From a virus (taxonomy: Duplodnaviria; Caudoviricetes), in the IMG/VR virus record IMGVR_UViG_3300032093_000719, positions 1 through 26,553 of that record: a stretch of 26,553 nt of DNA. The stretch is one strand, 5' to 3'. The position numbers and the translations under genes are program-made. Under the pieces are notes generated by a model, which saw only the letters and a program-made list of their open reading frames with translations, had not been told where the DNA came from and searched no databases. Shown piece by piece: positions 1 to 6,750 of the stretch. Each line of letters opens with the position of its first letter. Within the stretch, counting starts at the first letter, position 1.

Positions 1-127
1 TGAAACTCGTCCGAAGGGTTGTAGTCGATTATTGCCTTGAGGGTAGTCCGGAGGAGAAGCTGCCTCCAGTCCTCCAGAGAGACCTCGTTCGCTTCGTTTA
101 TGAAAAGGATATCCCGCTTCCTGCCTC
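1..127. repeat. 127-bp terminal direct repeat (copy 1); assembly overlap marking a circular contig
   Basis: Identical to 26427-26553. It lies inside the TerL reading frame, and 127 is a common assembler k-mer size. Confidence 0.97.
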
Positions 128-452
128 TAACCTTTTGGGGCTGGTCTACGGAGATGAACTCCACGAGGTTTCCGAAGAGTAGGTAGGTAGCGTCGCTCTT
201 GTTGTGGAGTTCCGGGTTGTATATCTCCTCCCGTTCGAGGATAGAAAAGAAGTCCCGCATGACGGAAGCACGCAGAGCCGGGAAGGTTTTTCGGGCTACG
301 GTAACGACGGCTCCCGCGTTCGGGTTCTTGTAGCAGAACTCGATTAGGCAGAGGAGGATAGAATAGGTCTTCCCCGACCGGGTGCCTCCTTGATGTATCT
401 GGATGCGTGAGGCCGAGTTCTTGCAGTCGTAGTAAGACTGTGCAAGGGTCAT
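1..452 (-). CDS. terL: Terminase large subunit, N-terminal ATPase part (continues across the circular join into 26426..25733; 381 aa in total)
   Basis: Hand translation from the ATG at 452 gives MTLAQSYYDCKNSASRIQIHQGGTRSGKTYS (Walker A) ... RGRKRDILFINEANE (Walker B) ... DYNP. This is PBSX/SPP1-type TerL. ATGA overlap with the terS stop. Missing from the ORF track. Confidence 0.95.
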   Translation of the reverse strand, partial: MTLAQSYYDCKNSASRIQIHQGGTRSGKTYSILLCLIEFCYKNPNAGAVVTVARKTFPALRASVMRDFFSILEREEIYNPELHNKSDATYLLFGNLVEFISVDQPQKVRGRKRDILFINEANEVSLEDWRQLLLRTTLKAIIDYNPSDEF

Positions 453-781
453 TCCTTAAACCACGTAAGCGGCCGAGGCTCGTTGACTTCGATTTCTTGG
501 CGTTCTACGTAGCCGCGGTTCTTTCCTTTGGTTTTGAGGAAGAAGATAGTCGCGGCGGGGTTCTTGTCCTTGATGAGCGCGTGTAGGTGCGATTCCGCGA
601 AATCTATAGTCCGCTCTTCGATAGCTCGAACCGCCTCCTTGTATTCTGGATCGTCCTTCAGCCAGTTGTAATGGGTCTTGCGGTCTACACCCACCTTCTC
701 GCAAGCTGTGGACACGATGCCGAGTGAACGCTCCAGAGCGTCTAAGAGGTCCTTTTTACGTGTAGAATTTGTGGAGCTCAT
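449..781 (-). CDS. terS: Terminase small subunit
   Basis: HTH-like LGIVSTACEKVGVDRKTHYNW plus ATIFFLKTKGKNRGYVERQE; directly upstream of terL. Start moved to Met 781, which has an ATGA overlap with the upstream stop. Confidence 0.85.
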   Translation of the reverse strand: MSSTNSTRKKDLLDALERSLGIVSTACEKVGVDRKTHYNWLKDDPEYKEAVRAIEERTIDFAESHLHALIKDKNPAATIFFLKTKGKNRGYVERQEIEVNEPRPLTWFKE

Positions 782-1206
782 TTGCCGCAGGTTTCGCACT
801 TCTCTTTAACGGGCTTTTCTTCTTTTTCCTCCTCTTCTTGCCATACGTCGAGTCCCCAGCGGTCCAGCTCCAGAGGGTCCCACGTATTCGCGAGCTCGTC
901 CCAGTCCCATTCTCCGTACCCTACGTTGTCCTTTATGATAAACTCCCTCTGCTTCGCTTCCTCCCATGTAACGACGTAGGCGGGTACTTCCTTGAGCCCT
1001 GCCTCCCGGCACGCTTTGAGCCTCATGTTCCCTCCGAGAACTACCCCGTCGGGATCACACACGATAGGTCTTGCTTCGAGCATCTCGGGGAAGTCCTGAA
1101 TTGACCGAACCAGCTTCCGGAATTTATCGTCCTTGATTATTCGCGGGTTGTTCGGGTTGCTCTTGAGTTGGGAGAGCTTAACCCTTGTAAAGCCAGTACT
1201 GTTCAT
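778..1206 (-). CDS. ParB/Srx-like N-terminal domain protein
   Basis: LKSNPNNPR..FRKLVRSI..RPIV..VLGGNMRLKA..GLKEVP..IKDN, the ParB-like pattern often seen next to phage terminases. C-terminal CxxC. Confidence 0.85.
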   Translation of the reverse strand: MNSTGFTRVKLSQLKSNPNNPRIIKDDKFRKLVRSIQDFPEMLEARPIVCDPDGVVLGGNMRLKACREAGLKEVPAYVVTWEEAKQREFIIKDNVGYGEWDWDELANTWDPLELDRWGLDVWQEEEEKEEKPVKEKCETCGK

Positions 1207-1399
1207 CGTGCCGAATTTTTCCGAGTACGTCGTCTGCGACGGCTTGAAGCCAAAGGTAGTCCGTGTGGGTAGCGTACCGGGTGAAGCACCTCGTATCCTC
1301 TTTGAGGTCGTAGTTGCGCCAGTATTCTATCTTCCGCTCTTTGGCGTACTCACGAATGTTCTTCGCGATTTCTGCGCGTTCTGCTTTTGTATAGCTCAT
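1178..1399 (-). CDS. Hypothetical protein (73 aa)
   Basis: ORF track 1178..1429; likely start is MSYTKAER at 1399. Tightly packed in the operon. Confidence 0.6.
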   Translation of the reverse strand: MSYTKAERAEIAKNIREYAKERKIEYWRNYDLKEDTRCFTRYATHTDYLWLQAVADDVLGKIRHDEQYWLYKG

Positions 1400-1490
1400 C
1401 TCGTAGGACAAAGAAAAAGAGTGAAACAAAGAGGTACCAGCCGGTGAAGTCGAAGACGCTCCACGTGTCGAGGTAGCCGAGGTAGTTCAT
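1350..1490 (-). CDS. Small membrane protein (46 aa)
   Basis: Hand translation MNYLGYLDTWSVFDFTGWYLFVSLFFFVLRDELYKSRTRRNREEHS: hydrophobic stretch followed by a basic tail. ATGA-coupled to the upstream ORF. Confidence 0.55.
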   Translation of the reverse strand: MNYLGYLDTWSVFDFTGWYLFVSLFFFVLRDELYKSRTRRNREEHS

Positions 1491-1627
1491 TTCGCTTCTG
1501 TTTTAGGGTAGACTATATCGGCCCTGCCTTCCAGCCAGCCGTTAAAGAACGAAAACCAGTCGAGGCCCTCGTGGTCTATTTCGTTCCAGCGATCTCGCGC
1601 TCGTCCGATTAGTTCATTGCTGTTCAT
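1487..1627 (-). CDS. Hypothetical protein (46 aa)
   Basis: Hand translation MNSNELIGRARDRWNEIDHEGLDWFSFFNGWLEGRADIVYPKTEAK. Fills a gap, and its stop overlaps the next ATG. Confidence 0.6.
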   Translation of the reverse strand: MNSNELIGRARDRWNEIDHEGLDWFSFFNGWLEGRADIVYPKTEAK

Positions 1628-1661
1628 CTCGTTGTAAATTGTAGGGTCTTTTTACAACCGT

Positions 1662-1844
1662 TCAGGGTTGAACTCCTAAGGATTCCTTAGCGGTTCCTTG
1701 CGCGAGTTTCTCCGCGTACTGCCTCTCCATGATTCTTCGGGCCATAGCCATCCCCAGAGCCATCTCCGGGTTCTGTGCGTGGATCTGAATCTCGGTTCGA
1801 ACCAGCTCTCGCGTAATTGAGGCCAGCATTCCTTCGTGTGTCAT
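1662..1844 (-). CDS. Hypothetical protein (60 aa)
   Basis: ORF track; A-rich leader; same strand as the operon. Confidence 0.6.
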   Translation of the reverse strand: MTHEGMLASITRELVRTEIQIHAQNPEMALGMAMARRIMERQYAEKLAQGTAKESLGVQP

Positions 1845-1853
1845 TGCTTGATG

Positions 1854-2078
1854 TTATAGGACGTATGATAGAAATCGTGCCATATCGGTCTGGCTGTAAA
1901 CTCCCCTCATATCTGGACGCGCCCGGTGGGTGAGGAGTCGAGCCTTGAGACGTTCGTAAAGGTCCTCCGTCATCTCCGAGTAGAGAATCGCATCCTCTGT
2001 GGGTGCGTCGTCCCAGAGTACCGAACCTTCTTGAAGCCTCAAGAGCTCAACCCGCATATCCCACTCTGAGAGCTCCAT
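1854..2078 (-). CDS. Hypothetical protein (74 aa)
   Basis: C-terminal part of track ORF 1854..2267. The start MELSEWDM at 2078 overlaps the upstream stop (TGATG). Confidence 0.6.
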   Translation of the reverse strand: MELSEWDMRVELLRLQEGSVLWDDAPTEDAILYSEMTEDLYERLKARLLTHRARPDMRGVYSQTDMARFLSYVL

Positions 2079-2302
2079 CAGTTGATGAGGTGTGTGACTC
2101 CTTGAGCGTCGAGGCATTCGTAAAGTTCCGCACGGCACCGTTCCACGATTCGGGCTTCTTCGTCGTTCTGGATTTCGTGCTTGAGCTTCATCCGTAGGTT
2201 GTAGAGATGCCTCCGTACCGCGATAACCACGTTGTGACCATCCGTAGCGTGGTTGTACTCCTCCCACTCTTCGGGAAGGTTAAACTCCAGTGTGGCTTTC
2301 AT
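2078..2302 (-). CDS. Hypothetical phage protein (74 aa)
   Basis: The N-terminus MKATLEFNLPEE resembles small aquatic-phage proteins (recalled). Coupled to its neighbours. Confidence 0.7.
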   Translation of the reverse strand: MKATLEFNLPEEWEEYNHATDGHNVVIAVRRHLYNLRMKLKHEIQNDEEARIVERCRAELYECLDAQGVTHLIN

Positions 2303-2462
2303 CTTTCGAAGCGTAGTAAGCCGTCCGAATCCTTTGACCGATGGAGCGCTTGAAGTCTTCGAGGAGCCGATCTAAATCCCGCTCCCATTGCAGGTCGTCC
2401 TGCCATTCGTTGAAATCGCGCGGCGCGCGCTCCGGGTAGGAGGTGCTTTGAATGTTCGGCAT
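2280..2462 (-). CDS. Hypothetical protein (60 aa)
   Basis: ORF track; operon packing. Confidence 0.65.
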   Translation of the reverse strand: MPNIQSTSYPERAPRDFNEWQDDLQWERDLDRLLEDFKRSIGQRIRTAYYASKDESHTGV

Positions 2463-2466
2463 CGGT

Positions 2467-2715
2467 TCAGGGTTGGAAGTTTTTCAGAACGTAGTAGTAC
2501 TGATATCCGCAGTCGTCATCCTCAATCCAGTTCTCAGTCATGTAGCCGAGTACGTGGTTTTCCTTCAGGATGTTTCGCATGAGCTCCACATCGCACTCCC
2601 TCCAGTAGCCGAAGCGGAAGGTGAGCTGGTTCTCGTCCCACTTCGTGATGCGGACTTGAAAATCCCCGAATGTTTCTTCGAGGATTCTGAGGGTCTTGCT
2701 ATCGATTTGCATCAC
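2467..2715 (-). CDS. Hypothetical protein (82 aa)
   Basis: ORF track; 4-nt overlap with the upstream gene. Confidence 0.65.
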   Translation of the reverse strand: MMQIDSKTLRILEETFGDFQVRITKWDENQLTFRFGYWRECDVELMRNILKENHVLGYMTENWIEDDDCGYQYYYVLKNFQP

Positions 2716-2894
2716 AGTGAGCTTACATAGGTGCTAAACCGAAAGCGAAGCATCTGCAACTGGTCGCGTTTCGCGTCGTAGTTATCCATACGACCTTCTG
2801 CAAGCTCTACGAACGCTTCTCCCTGAAGCAGGAGAGCATTTGTGAAAAGGTCCCGGAGCTGTTTATGCTGCTCAAGCGTCAATTTCTGTTCCAT
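2712..2894 (-). CDS. Hypothetical protein, first gene behind promoter P2
   Basis: ORF track; ATG about 20 nt downstream of the -7 box. Confidence 0.7.
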   Translation of the reverse strand: MEQKLTLEQHKQLRDLFTNALLLQGEAFVELAEGRMDNYDAKRDQLQMLRFRFSTYVSSL

Positions 2895-2914
2895 TGTCTT
2901 GTTGTTTGACCTTC

Positions 2915-2947
2915 CAAAGGTAGAGAAAAGTTTTCTTTTCCTCCAAA
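2915..2947 (-). promoter_or_regulatory. Bacteroidota primary-sigma promoter P2 (-33 TTTG, 21-nt spacer, -7 TACCTTTG)
   Basis: Minus strand reads TTTG-GAGGAAAAGAAAACTTTTCTC-TACCTTTG, matching the TTTG/TAnnTTTG consensus. AT-rich intergenic gap; near-copy of P1. Confidence 0.85.
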
Positions 2948-2975
2948 TATTTCGGAGAAATTTTTACCCTTTCTC

Positions 2976-3113
2976 CTACTTCTCCCATGAGACGTAGCAA
3001 ACTACGGCTCTCTGTTTCTCATCCGGGAACTCCCGAACCATTGTCGGGTCCCCCATGCAGCGACTGATAAACTCGCTCTGTTTCTCGCTGGATGTAGGTT
3101 TCGGTATCGGCAT
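2976..3113 (-). CDS. Small two-cysteine phage domain protein (45 aa)
   Basis: Hand translation MPIPKPTSSEKQSEFISRCMGDPTMVREFPDEKQRAVVCYVSWEK. Overlaps the upstream ORF by 95 nt; not in the ORF track. Confidence 0.75.
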   Translation of the reverse strand: MPIPKPTSSEKQSEFISRCMGDPTMVREFPDEKQRAVVCYVSWEK

Positions 3114-3495
3114 TGACGGTCTTTTTAAGGTTCTCTATCATTCCTCGTACGCAAGATGAGCAATTACTCGGTACTTCGTTCGTGCCGTAGGTACGGTTGT
3201 ACATCTCCACCAGTCTCGCATTTTGCTCTCTCGAGATATAGTTCTCCAGCGAGTTCACAAACTCCCGAATCTCTGCAAGGTCCTCCGGCCGTACGGTAGG
3301 CCCCCACTTCCCGATAGGACACGCCTCTGATTTCAGCGAAGCCTTCGCGGGCATGAAGCACCCGCATAGGGTTCCTCCTTTGACCTTCTTCCGCTTGAGG
3401 AGCGTCCCGCACGATCTGGTAGAGGGGTTGAAGTGCTCACAGCCCTTGCATATCTCCAGACGCGCGGCCCTTGTGTTTTGCGATGCTAACAGCAT
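3019..3495 (-). CDS. Cys-rich, probably metal-binding protein
   Basis: RLEICKGC..SCG..LCGCFMPAK..ACPIGKW plus a CSSC motif; follows the sigma factor. Confidence 0.7.
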   Translation of the reverse strand: MLLASQNTRAARLEICKGCEHFNPSTRSCGTLLKRKKVKGGTLCGCFMPAKASLKSEACPIGKWGPTVRPEDLAEIREFVNSLENYISREQNARLVEMYNRTYGTNEVPSNCSSCVRGMIENLKKTVNADTETYIQRETERVYQSLHGGPDNGSGVPG

Positions 3496-3934
3496 TTGCG
3501 AGGATTTTCTTGGTTCGGTGAAGGGACTGATAGAGGGTAGCCGGGTGGATATCTGCCTCCCGCGCTACCTCCGAGAGCTTATGGCCGTCGAGGTAGAGCC
3601 GGATTACCATCTTGTCGAACCACGGGAGACGGTCGATGAAGAGCTCTATTTGCTCCAGCTTCAGCGACCTTTCCATACCGGGCTCGTACACGGGCTCTTT
3701 CCCTTCGGGAGTTTCTTGGATGTTGTAGAGGCTCTTGAACTTCCCTCTGGTGGCCTCCATGTACATGGCAGTACAGAAGTACCCCATCGGCTTCTCGGGA
3801 AACGGCTTGTCTATCACCCGGAGGTAGACGTGGTTCACGAGGTCGTGCTTGTCCGCCGTAAACCTTCCCGCAATTTTCAGCAGGTAACGGTATTCCTTGG
3901 AGACGAATTCATCCCACGAAGCCTTCGAGTTCAC
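3437..3934 (-). CDS. ECF-like RNA polymerase sigma factor (probable late-gene activator)
   Basis: Region-2-like DKHDLVNHVYL and region-4 HTH LPWFDKMVIRLYLDGHKLSEVAREADIHPATLYQSLHRTKKIL. Sits in the lambda-Q position after ninG. Confidence 0.75.
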   Translation of the reverse strand: MNSKASWDEFVSKEYRYLLKIAGRFTADKHDLVNHVYLRVIDKPFPEKPMGYFCTAMYMEATRGKFKSLYNIQETPEGKEPVYEPGMERSLKLEQIELFIDRLPWFDKMVIRLYLDGHKLSEVAREADIHPATLYQSLHRTKKILANAVSIAKHKGRASGDMQGL

Positions 3935-4307
3935 GGAGTTCTTTCGAGTACAAGGCTATCATTCCTTGTAGGTCTTCGTTGCTATAACCCGCCCTCTTTT
4001 GAGACTTGATAAAAATCTCCTCCGCGGTTCCTTCTCCGTAGGTGCTATCCAGCTTCCGTGAGAACTCGTACTGCTGCCCTCCGTTCATGTTGCACCGCTT
4101 GCACTGAAACTGAACGTTCACCGGATCCCACCGCGTCGCGAACTTGGCTCGCGTGATGAAGTGGCCCGCGTCGACTTCCTTCCAGTGCCTCCGGGTTCCG
4201 CAGGTGAAGCAGTCGGAGAATCCGTACTCGTCGCACACCCGTAGACGGACGTACTGCGAAAAGACCTTGTCCAGCTTCGCGATTAGGGCTGCCCGCTTTG
4301 TTGCCAT
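3909..4307 (-). CDS. ninG: NinG/Rap-family recombination endonuclease
   Basis: LDKVFSQYVRLR..CFTCG..DAGHF..TRWD..NV..QCKRCN..G. Start set at MATKRAAL (4307). Confidence 0.9.
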   Translation of the reverse strand: MATKRAALIAKLDKVFSQYVRLRVCDEYGFSDCFTCGTRRHWKEVDAGHFITRAKFATRWDPVNVQFQCKRCNMNGGQQYEFSRKLDSTYGEGTAEEIFIKSQKRAGYSNEDLQGMIALYSKELRELEGFVG

Positions 4308-4930
4308 CTTTCTCGGTCTCTGGCTTTGATTTCTTCGCGCTCCTGCGGCCCCAACTTCGGGCGGCGTGAGAGGATTTCGGCGAATGTAGGCCGAACCTCC
4401 GGGAGGGAGTCTATAATCTCCTGAAAAGACCTCGACGCGAGGGCTTCCTCTTGGATGGCTTCCTTGTAGTGCTTCTCCCTGAACTCGCACGCCACGTTTA
4501 CGTCGTAGTCTCGGAGCGCTTTGCAGATAGTCGGGGTGTCCAGCCGCCCGTAGATTTCGATTTTCCCGCGGCGGATCTGCGCGAAGACGTGAACTACCTC
4601 CTCTACTTTGAGCGTCTTGAACTCCTCGATAATATCGTCGACTGCCGTGTAGATATCCTCCTCGTTCGAGAACGTGTTATTGACCTTCACGGCCCGCATG
4701 AGCTGCACAAGCTCGCGCCCGAGGAGGGCCCGGAGGTAGGTGAGGTCCTCAGATTTCGCCCGTGAAACGCTCAGTCCATGCCGGTGGATTACCTCCGGCT
4801 CCCCTACTTTCAAAATGCCGTGTAAATCCCTCTCGCGTAAGGTTAACGCTTCCGTTGCCTTTGAGGGGAAAGAGACCGCGCCACCCGGCTGCGATGCTCT
4901 GGCCGATAATCCCGATTGCCGTTCGCTCAT
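4283..4930 (-). CDS. Putative replication protein (helicase loader/inhibitor by position); start uncertain
   Basis: Directly follows the initiator; helical composition. The start is either the ATG at 4930 (about 180-nt overlap) or a TTG near 4813. Confidence 0.5.
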   Translation of the reverse strand: MSERQSGLSARASQPGGAVSFPSKATEALTLRERDLHGILKVGEPEVIHRHGLSVSRAKSEDLTYLRALLGRELVQLMRAVKVNNTFSNEEDIYTAVDDIIEEFKTLKVEEVVHVFAQIRRGKIEIYGRLDTPTICKALRDYDVNVACEFREKHYKEAIQEEALASRSFQEIIDSLPEVRPTFAEILSRRPKLGPQEREEIKARDRERWQQSGQP

Positions 4931-5513
4931 TGTTGTTTGAGAGTTTCTGAAGTGAATGTAACGCCGTCTGTTGTGAGACGTGGGACTTGTACTTGAACCC
5001 GAACTCTTTCGCCCGGTACTCTTTCCAGTTCTCCCACGCGTTCGAAAAGTCGGAAGAATCGAATGGAAGAACAACCTCCTCCTTTTTTTCCTCCACCACA
5101 CCACGCGCACGCGTGTTCTTTCTAGTATCCTTTAAACTACTCTTTTTAGTAGTCTTTATAGTATGTGTTCGGATTTGAACTTCTTCAGGTTCAGATTTGA
5201 ACTTCTCAGAGTTCAGATTTGAACTTCTGGAGTTCAGAATTGAACAAGTTCCGATTTGAACAAGTTCAGAAATGAACAACTTCCGGCTGGATGCGTAACC
5301 GTCCCGAGAGAGGTATCCGAGGTCCAGAAGCTTCTTGATTGTCTTTCGGATTTGCACCTCCGACGTGTCGCACCGTTGGGCGAGGAATTCATTCGAAGCG
5401 AAACAATCCTTGCCTGTATCGGCGTAGGATTGAATAACCGCGAGGAAGATGCGTTCGTGAAGGGAGAGAGGGAGCGCCCAGATACGTTCCGGGATCCAGA
5501 GACCGTGGTTCAT
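4749..5513 (-). CDS. Replication initiator (lambda O-like, N-terminal winged HTH)
   Basis: CFASNEFLAQRCDTSEVQIRKTIKKLLDLGYL HTH, a central repeat-encoded linker, and C-terminal AWENWKEYR..IIGQSIAAGWRGLF. The start at 5513 is ATGA-coupled to the Cro-like gene. Confidence 0.85.
   Translation of the reverse strand: MNHGLWIPERIWALPLSLHERIFLAVIQSYADTGKDCFASNEFLAQRCDTSEVQIRKTIKKLLDLGYLSRDGYASSRKLFISELVQIGTCSILNSRSSNLNSEKFKSEPEEVQIRTHTIKTTKKSSLKDTRKNTRARGVVEEKKEEVVLPFDSSDFSNAWENWKEYRAKEFGFKYKSHVSQQTALHSLQKLSNNNERTAIGIIGQSIAAGWRGLFPLKGNGSVNLTREGFTRHFESRGAGGNPPAWTERFTGEI
5167..5277. repeat. Six palindromic iterons GTTC-N6-GAAC; probable replication origin
   Basis: Copies start at 5167, 5189, 5211, 5232, 5248 and 5264. 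AT-rich tract at about 5118-5165; all inside the initiator gene. Confidence 0.8.
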
Positions 5514-5731
5514 TCGATTTGTTGCTCGGTACGGGTTACGAGTTCTGCAATCTCGCCGTAAGAGAGTCCCGAATATCGATGAAATTCCCGAATGTGCTTC
5601 AGGAACGGAGCCGGGTTCTTGCGTCCCCAGTTGTGGATACACGCTTCTGTAACTCCGAAGTAGGCCGCGGCTCTGGTCAAGGTCCCGAAATGAAATCTCA
5701 GAACGGTTTGGAGTTCGGTAGGCTTTCGCAT
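5510..5731 (-). CDS. Cro-like HTH DNA-binding protein
   Basis: HFGTLTRAAAYFGVTEACIHNW fits the Cro/YdaS HTH pattern; upstream of the initiator. Confidence 0.75.
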   Translation of the reverse strand: MRKPTELQTVLRFHFGTLTRAAAYFGVTEACIHNWGRKNPAPFLKHIREFHRYSGLSYGEIAELVTRTEQQIE

Positions 5732-5871
5732 TGTTGGATGAATTGTTCCGCTTCTTCGCGGGTTAGGTTTCCGAGACGCATCAACCCAGACAAATTCGCG
5801 AACGGGCTGGTCCTCCAGTACACCCGCAAATCTGTCTGAGTTGTTTTGTCCTGTGCAATGTATCGGGCCAT
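5698..5871 (-). CDS. Hypothetical protein (57 aa)
   Basis: The start MARYIAQDK overlaps the upstream stop (TAATG). Confidence 0.6.
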   Translation of the reverse strand: MARYIAQDKTTQTDLRVYWRTSPFANLSGLMRLGNLTREEAEQFIQQCESLPNSKPF

Positions 5872-6233
5872 TAACGGCTTGCGATTTTGTCGCGAAGCTC
5901 GAGAAGCCCGATAGCTGTGCTTTCGATATCCTCCGGTGTTCTCGATCCGAGAGCGATGGCTTGACCTACGGACCAGCTTGCGTCGATGCGGCGCTGTGTG
6001 TCCGGAGAAGCCCCGAAGCTCTTTTGCTCCGGTCGCTGGAGCTTCCATTTCGTGAGGCCGCGCGGGTTCGGTTTCGCGTCCACGATTTCTACCTCGTCCC
6101 CGACCTTCCACGCGTCGGGCTTCTTTGCGTTTACCTCTCCGGCGCGGTTGTCCTCGAGGGTTACTTCCATGCGGTACATGAGTCCGTACTGTGACTCCCA
6201 CGTTCCGCTCTGCTGAATCTCTGCAATCTTCAT
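5871..6233 (-). CDS. Probable single-stranded DNA-binding (OB-fold-like) protein
   Basis: Beta-rich GTWESQYGLMYRMEVTLED..WKVGDEVEI; position in the replication module. Confidence 0.45.
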   Translation of the reverse strand: MKIAEIQQSGTWESQYGLMYRMEVTLEDNRAGEVNAKKPDAWKVGDEVEIVDAKPNPRGLTKWKLQRPEQKSFGASPDTQRRIDASWSVGQAIALGSRTPEDIESTAIGLLELRDKIASR

Positions 6234-6400
6234 TGCTGTAAGGTTTTAGGGTGTGTTTCGATGAACTTGTTGAGGTGGTCGATAGCTACGTCCACGTTGT
6301 GGAGGTGCCATTCGATGCCGTAGGGCTCCCCTTCTGCGAGGAGCTTGAGGAAGAACGAGTACAGCTCGTTCACGTCCTGCTTGAATTCTGGTCGTTGCAT
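6230..6400 (-). CDS. Hypothetical protein (56 aa)
   Basis: Hand translation MQRPEFKQDVNELYSFFLKLLAEGEPYGIEWHLHNVDVAIDHLNKFIETHPKTLQQ. The stop overlaps the ATG at 6233. Confidence 0.7.
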   Translation of the reverse strand: MQRPEFKQDVNELYSFFLKLLAEGEPYGIEWHLHNVDVAIDHLNKFIETHPKTLQQ

Positions 6401-6408
6401 TGCTGAGA

Positions 6409-6430
6409 CAAATAGAGGGGCCGAAGCCCC
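6409..6430 (-). terminator. C(UUCG)G hairpin; weak terminator or attenuator after the first early gene
   Basis: GGGGC-TTCG-GCCCC followed by TCTATTT; 17 nt are identical to 13564-13580. Confidence 0.5.
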
Positions 6431-6431
6431 A

Positions 6432-6629
6432 TTAGTTTTCTGCGATTGTGTAGCGGGTTCCGATAGCGTAACGGGCTGGCATCGTTTCGATATTTCCGTT
6501 CTCCGTGAGGACCTCGACGTAGAAGGTGAACTGGTCCTTCACGTGTCCGATAATCGTGAGGCGAAAATCGACGTTCTGTGAATCGTTGTAGAGAACTGTC
6601 GTGCCGAAGGGGAGGGTTCCGAGGGTCAT
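6432..6629 (-). CDS. Hypothetical protein, first gene behind promoter P1
   Basis: ORF track; ATG about 22 nt after the -7 box. Confidence 0.75.
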   Translation of the reverse strand: MTLGTLPFGTTVLYNDSQNVDFRLTIIGHVKDQFTFYVEVLTENGNIETMPARYAIGTRYTIAEN

Positions 6630-6651
6630 GTTTTCCGGTTGTTTGATGGCT

Positions 6652-6684
6652 CAAAGATAAACAATCTTTTTTCTTTCCTCCAAA
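6652..6684 (-). promoter_or_regulatory. Bacteroidota primary-sigma promoter P1 (-33 TTTG, 21-nt spacer, -7 TATCTTTG)
   Basis: Minus strand reads TTTG-GAGGAAAGAAAAAAGATTGTT-TATCTTTG; AT-rich upstream region; heads the early operon. Confidence 0.88.
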
Positions 6685-6713
6685 TTAATCCGGAATTATT
6701 TTTCTGCATAGGG

Positions 6714-6750
6714 CAAAAAAAGAGGGCCGCCCCACGTTTGGAGCAGCCCC
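6714..6750 (-). terminator. Rho-independent terminator ending the late/lysis operon
   Basis: GGGCTGCTCCA-AACG-TGGGGCGGCCC (11-bp stem with G.U pairs) followed by TCTTTTTTT. Confidence 0.88.

Noticed and set aside
778-1206. ParB-like gene as evidence for a plasmid-prophage partition system
   Set aside because: There is no ParA, and the protein lacks a HTH/dimerisation region. ParB-N proteins beside terS are common in phages.
2988-3012. CGTAG-TTTG-CTACG hairpin as a terminator
   Set aside because: The stem is short, there is no U tract, and it lies within the 45-aa coding sequence.
4931-5110. N-terminal extension of track ORF 4283..5110, and similar extensions of 3909..4490, 4749..5642, 5698..6201, 6793..7161 and 17476..19752
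   Set aside because: These are low-complexity alternate-frame read-throughs of upstream genes. Downstream starts, mostly with stop-start coupling, fit better.
5167-5277. Repeat array as a mini-CRISPR or LexA boxes
   Set aside because: Spacers are only 2-8 bp and there are no cas genes. The GTTC-N6-GAAC geometry differs from the GAAC-N4-GTTC and GTTC-N7-GTTC SOS boxes, and the position inside the initiator fits iterons.
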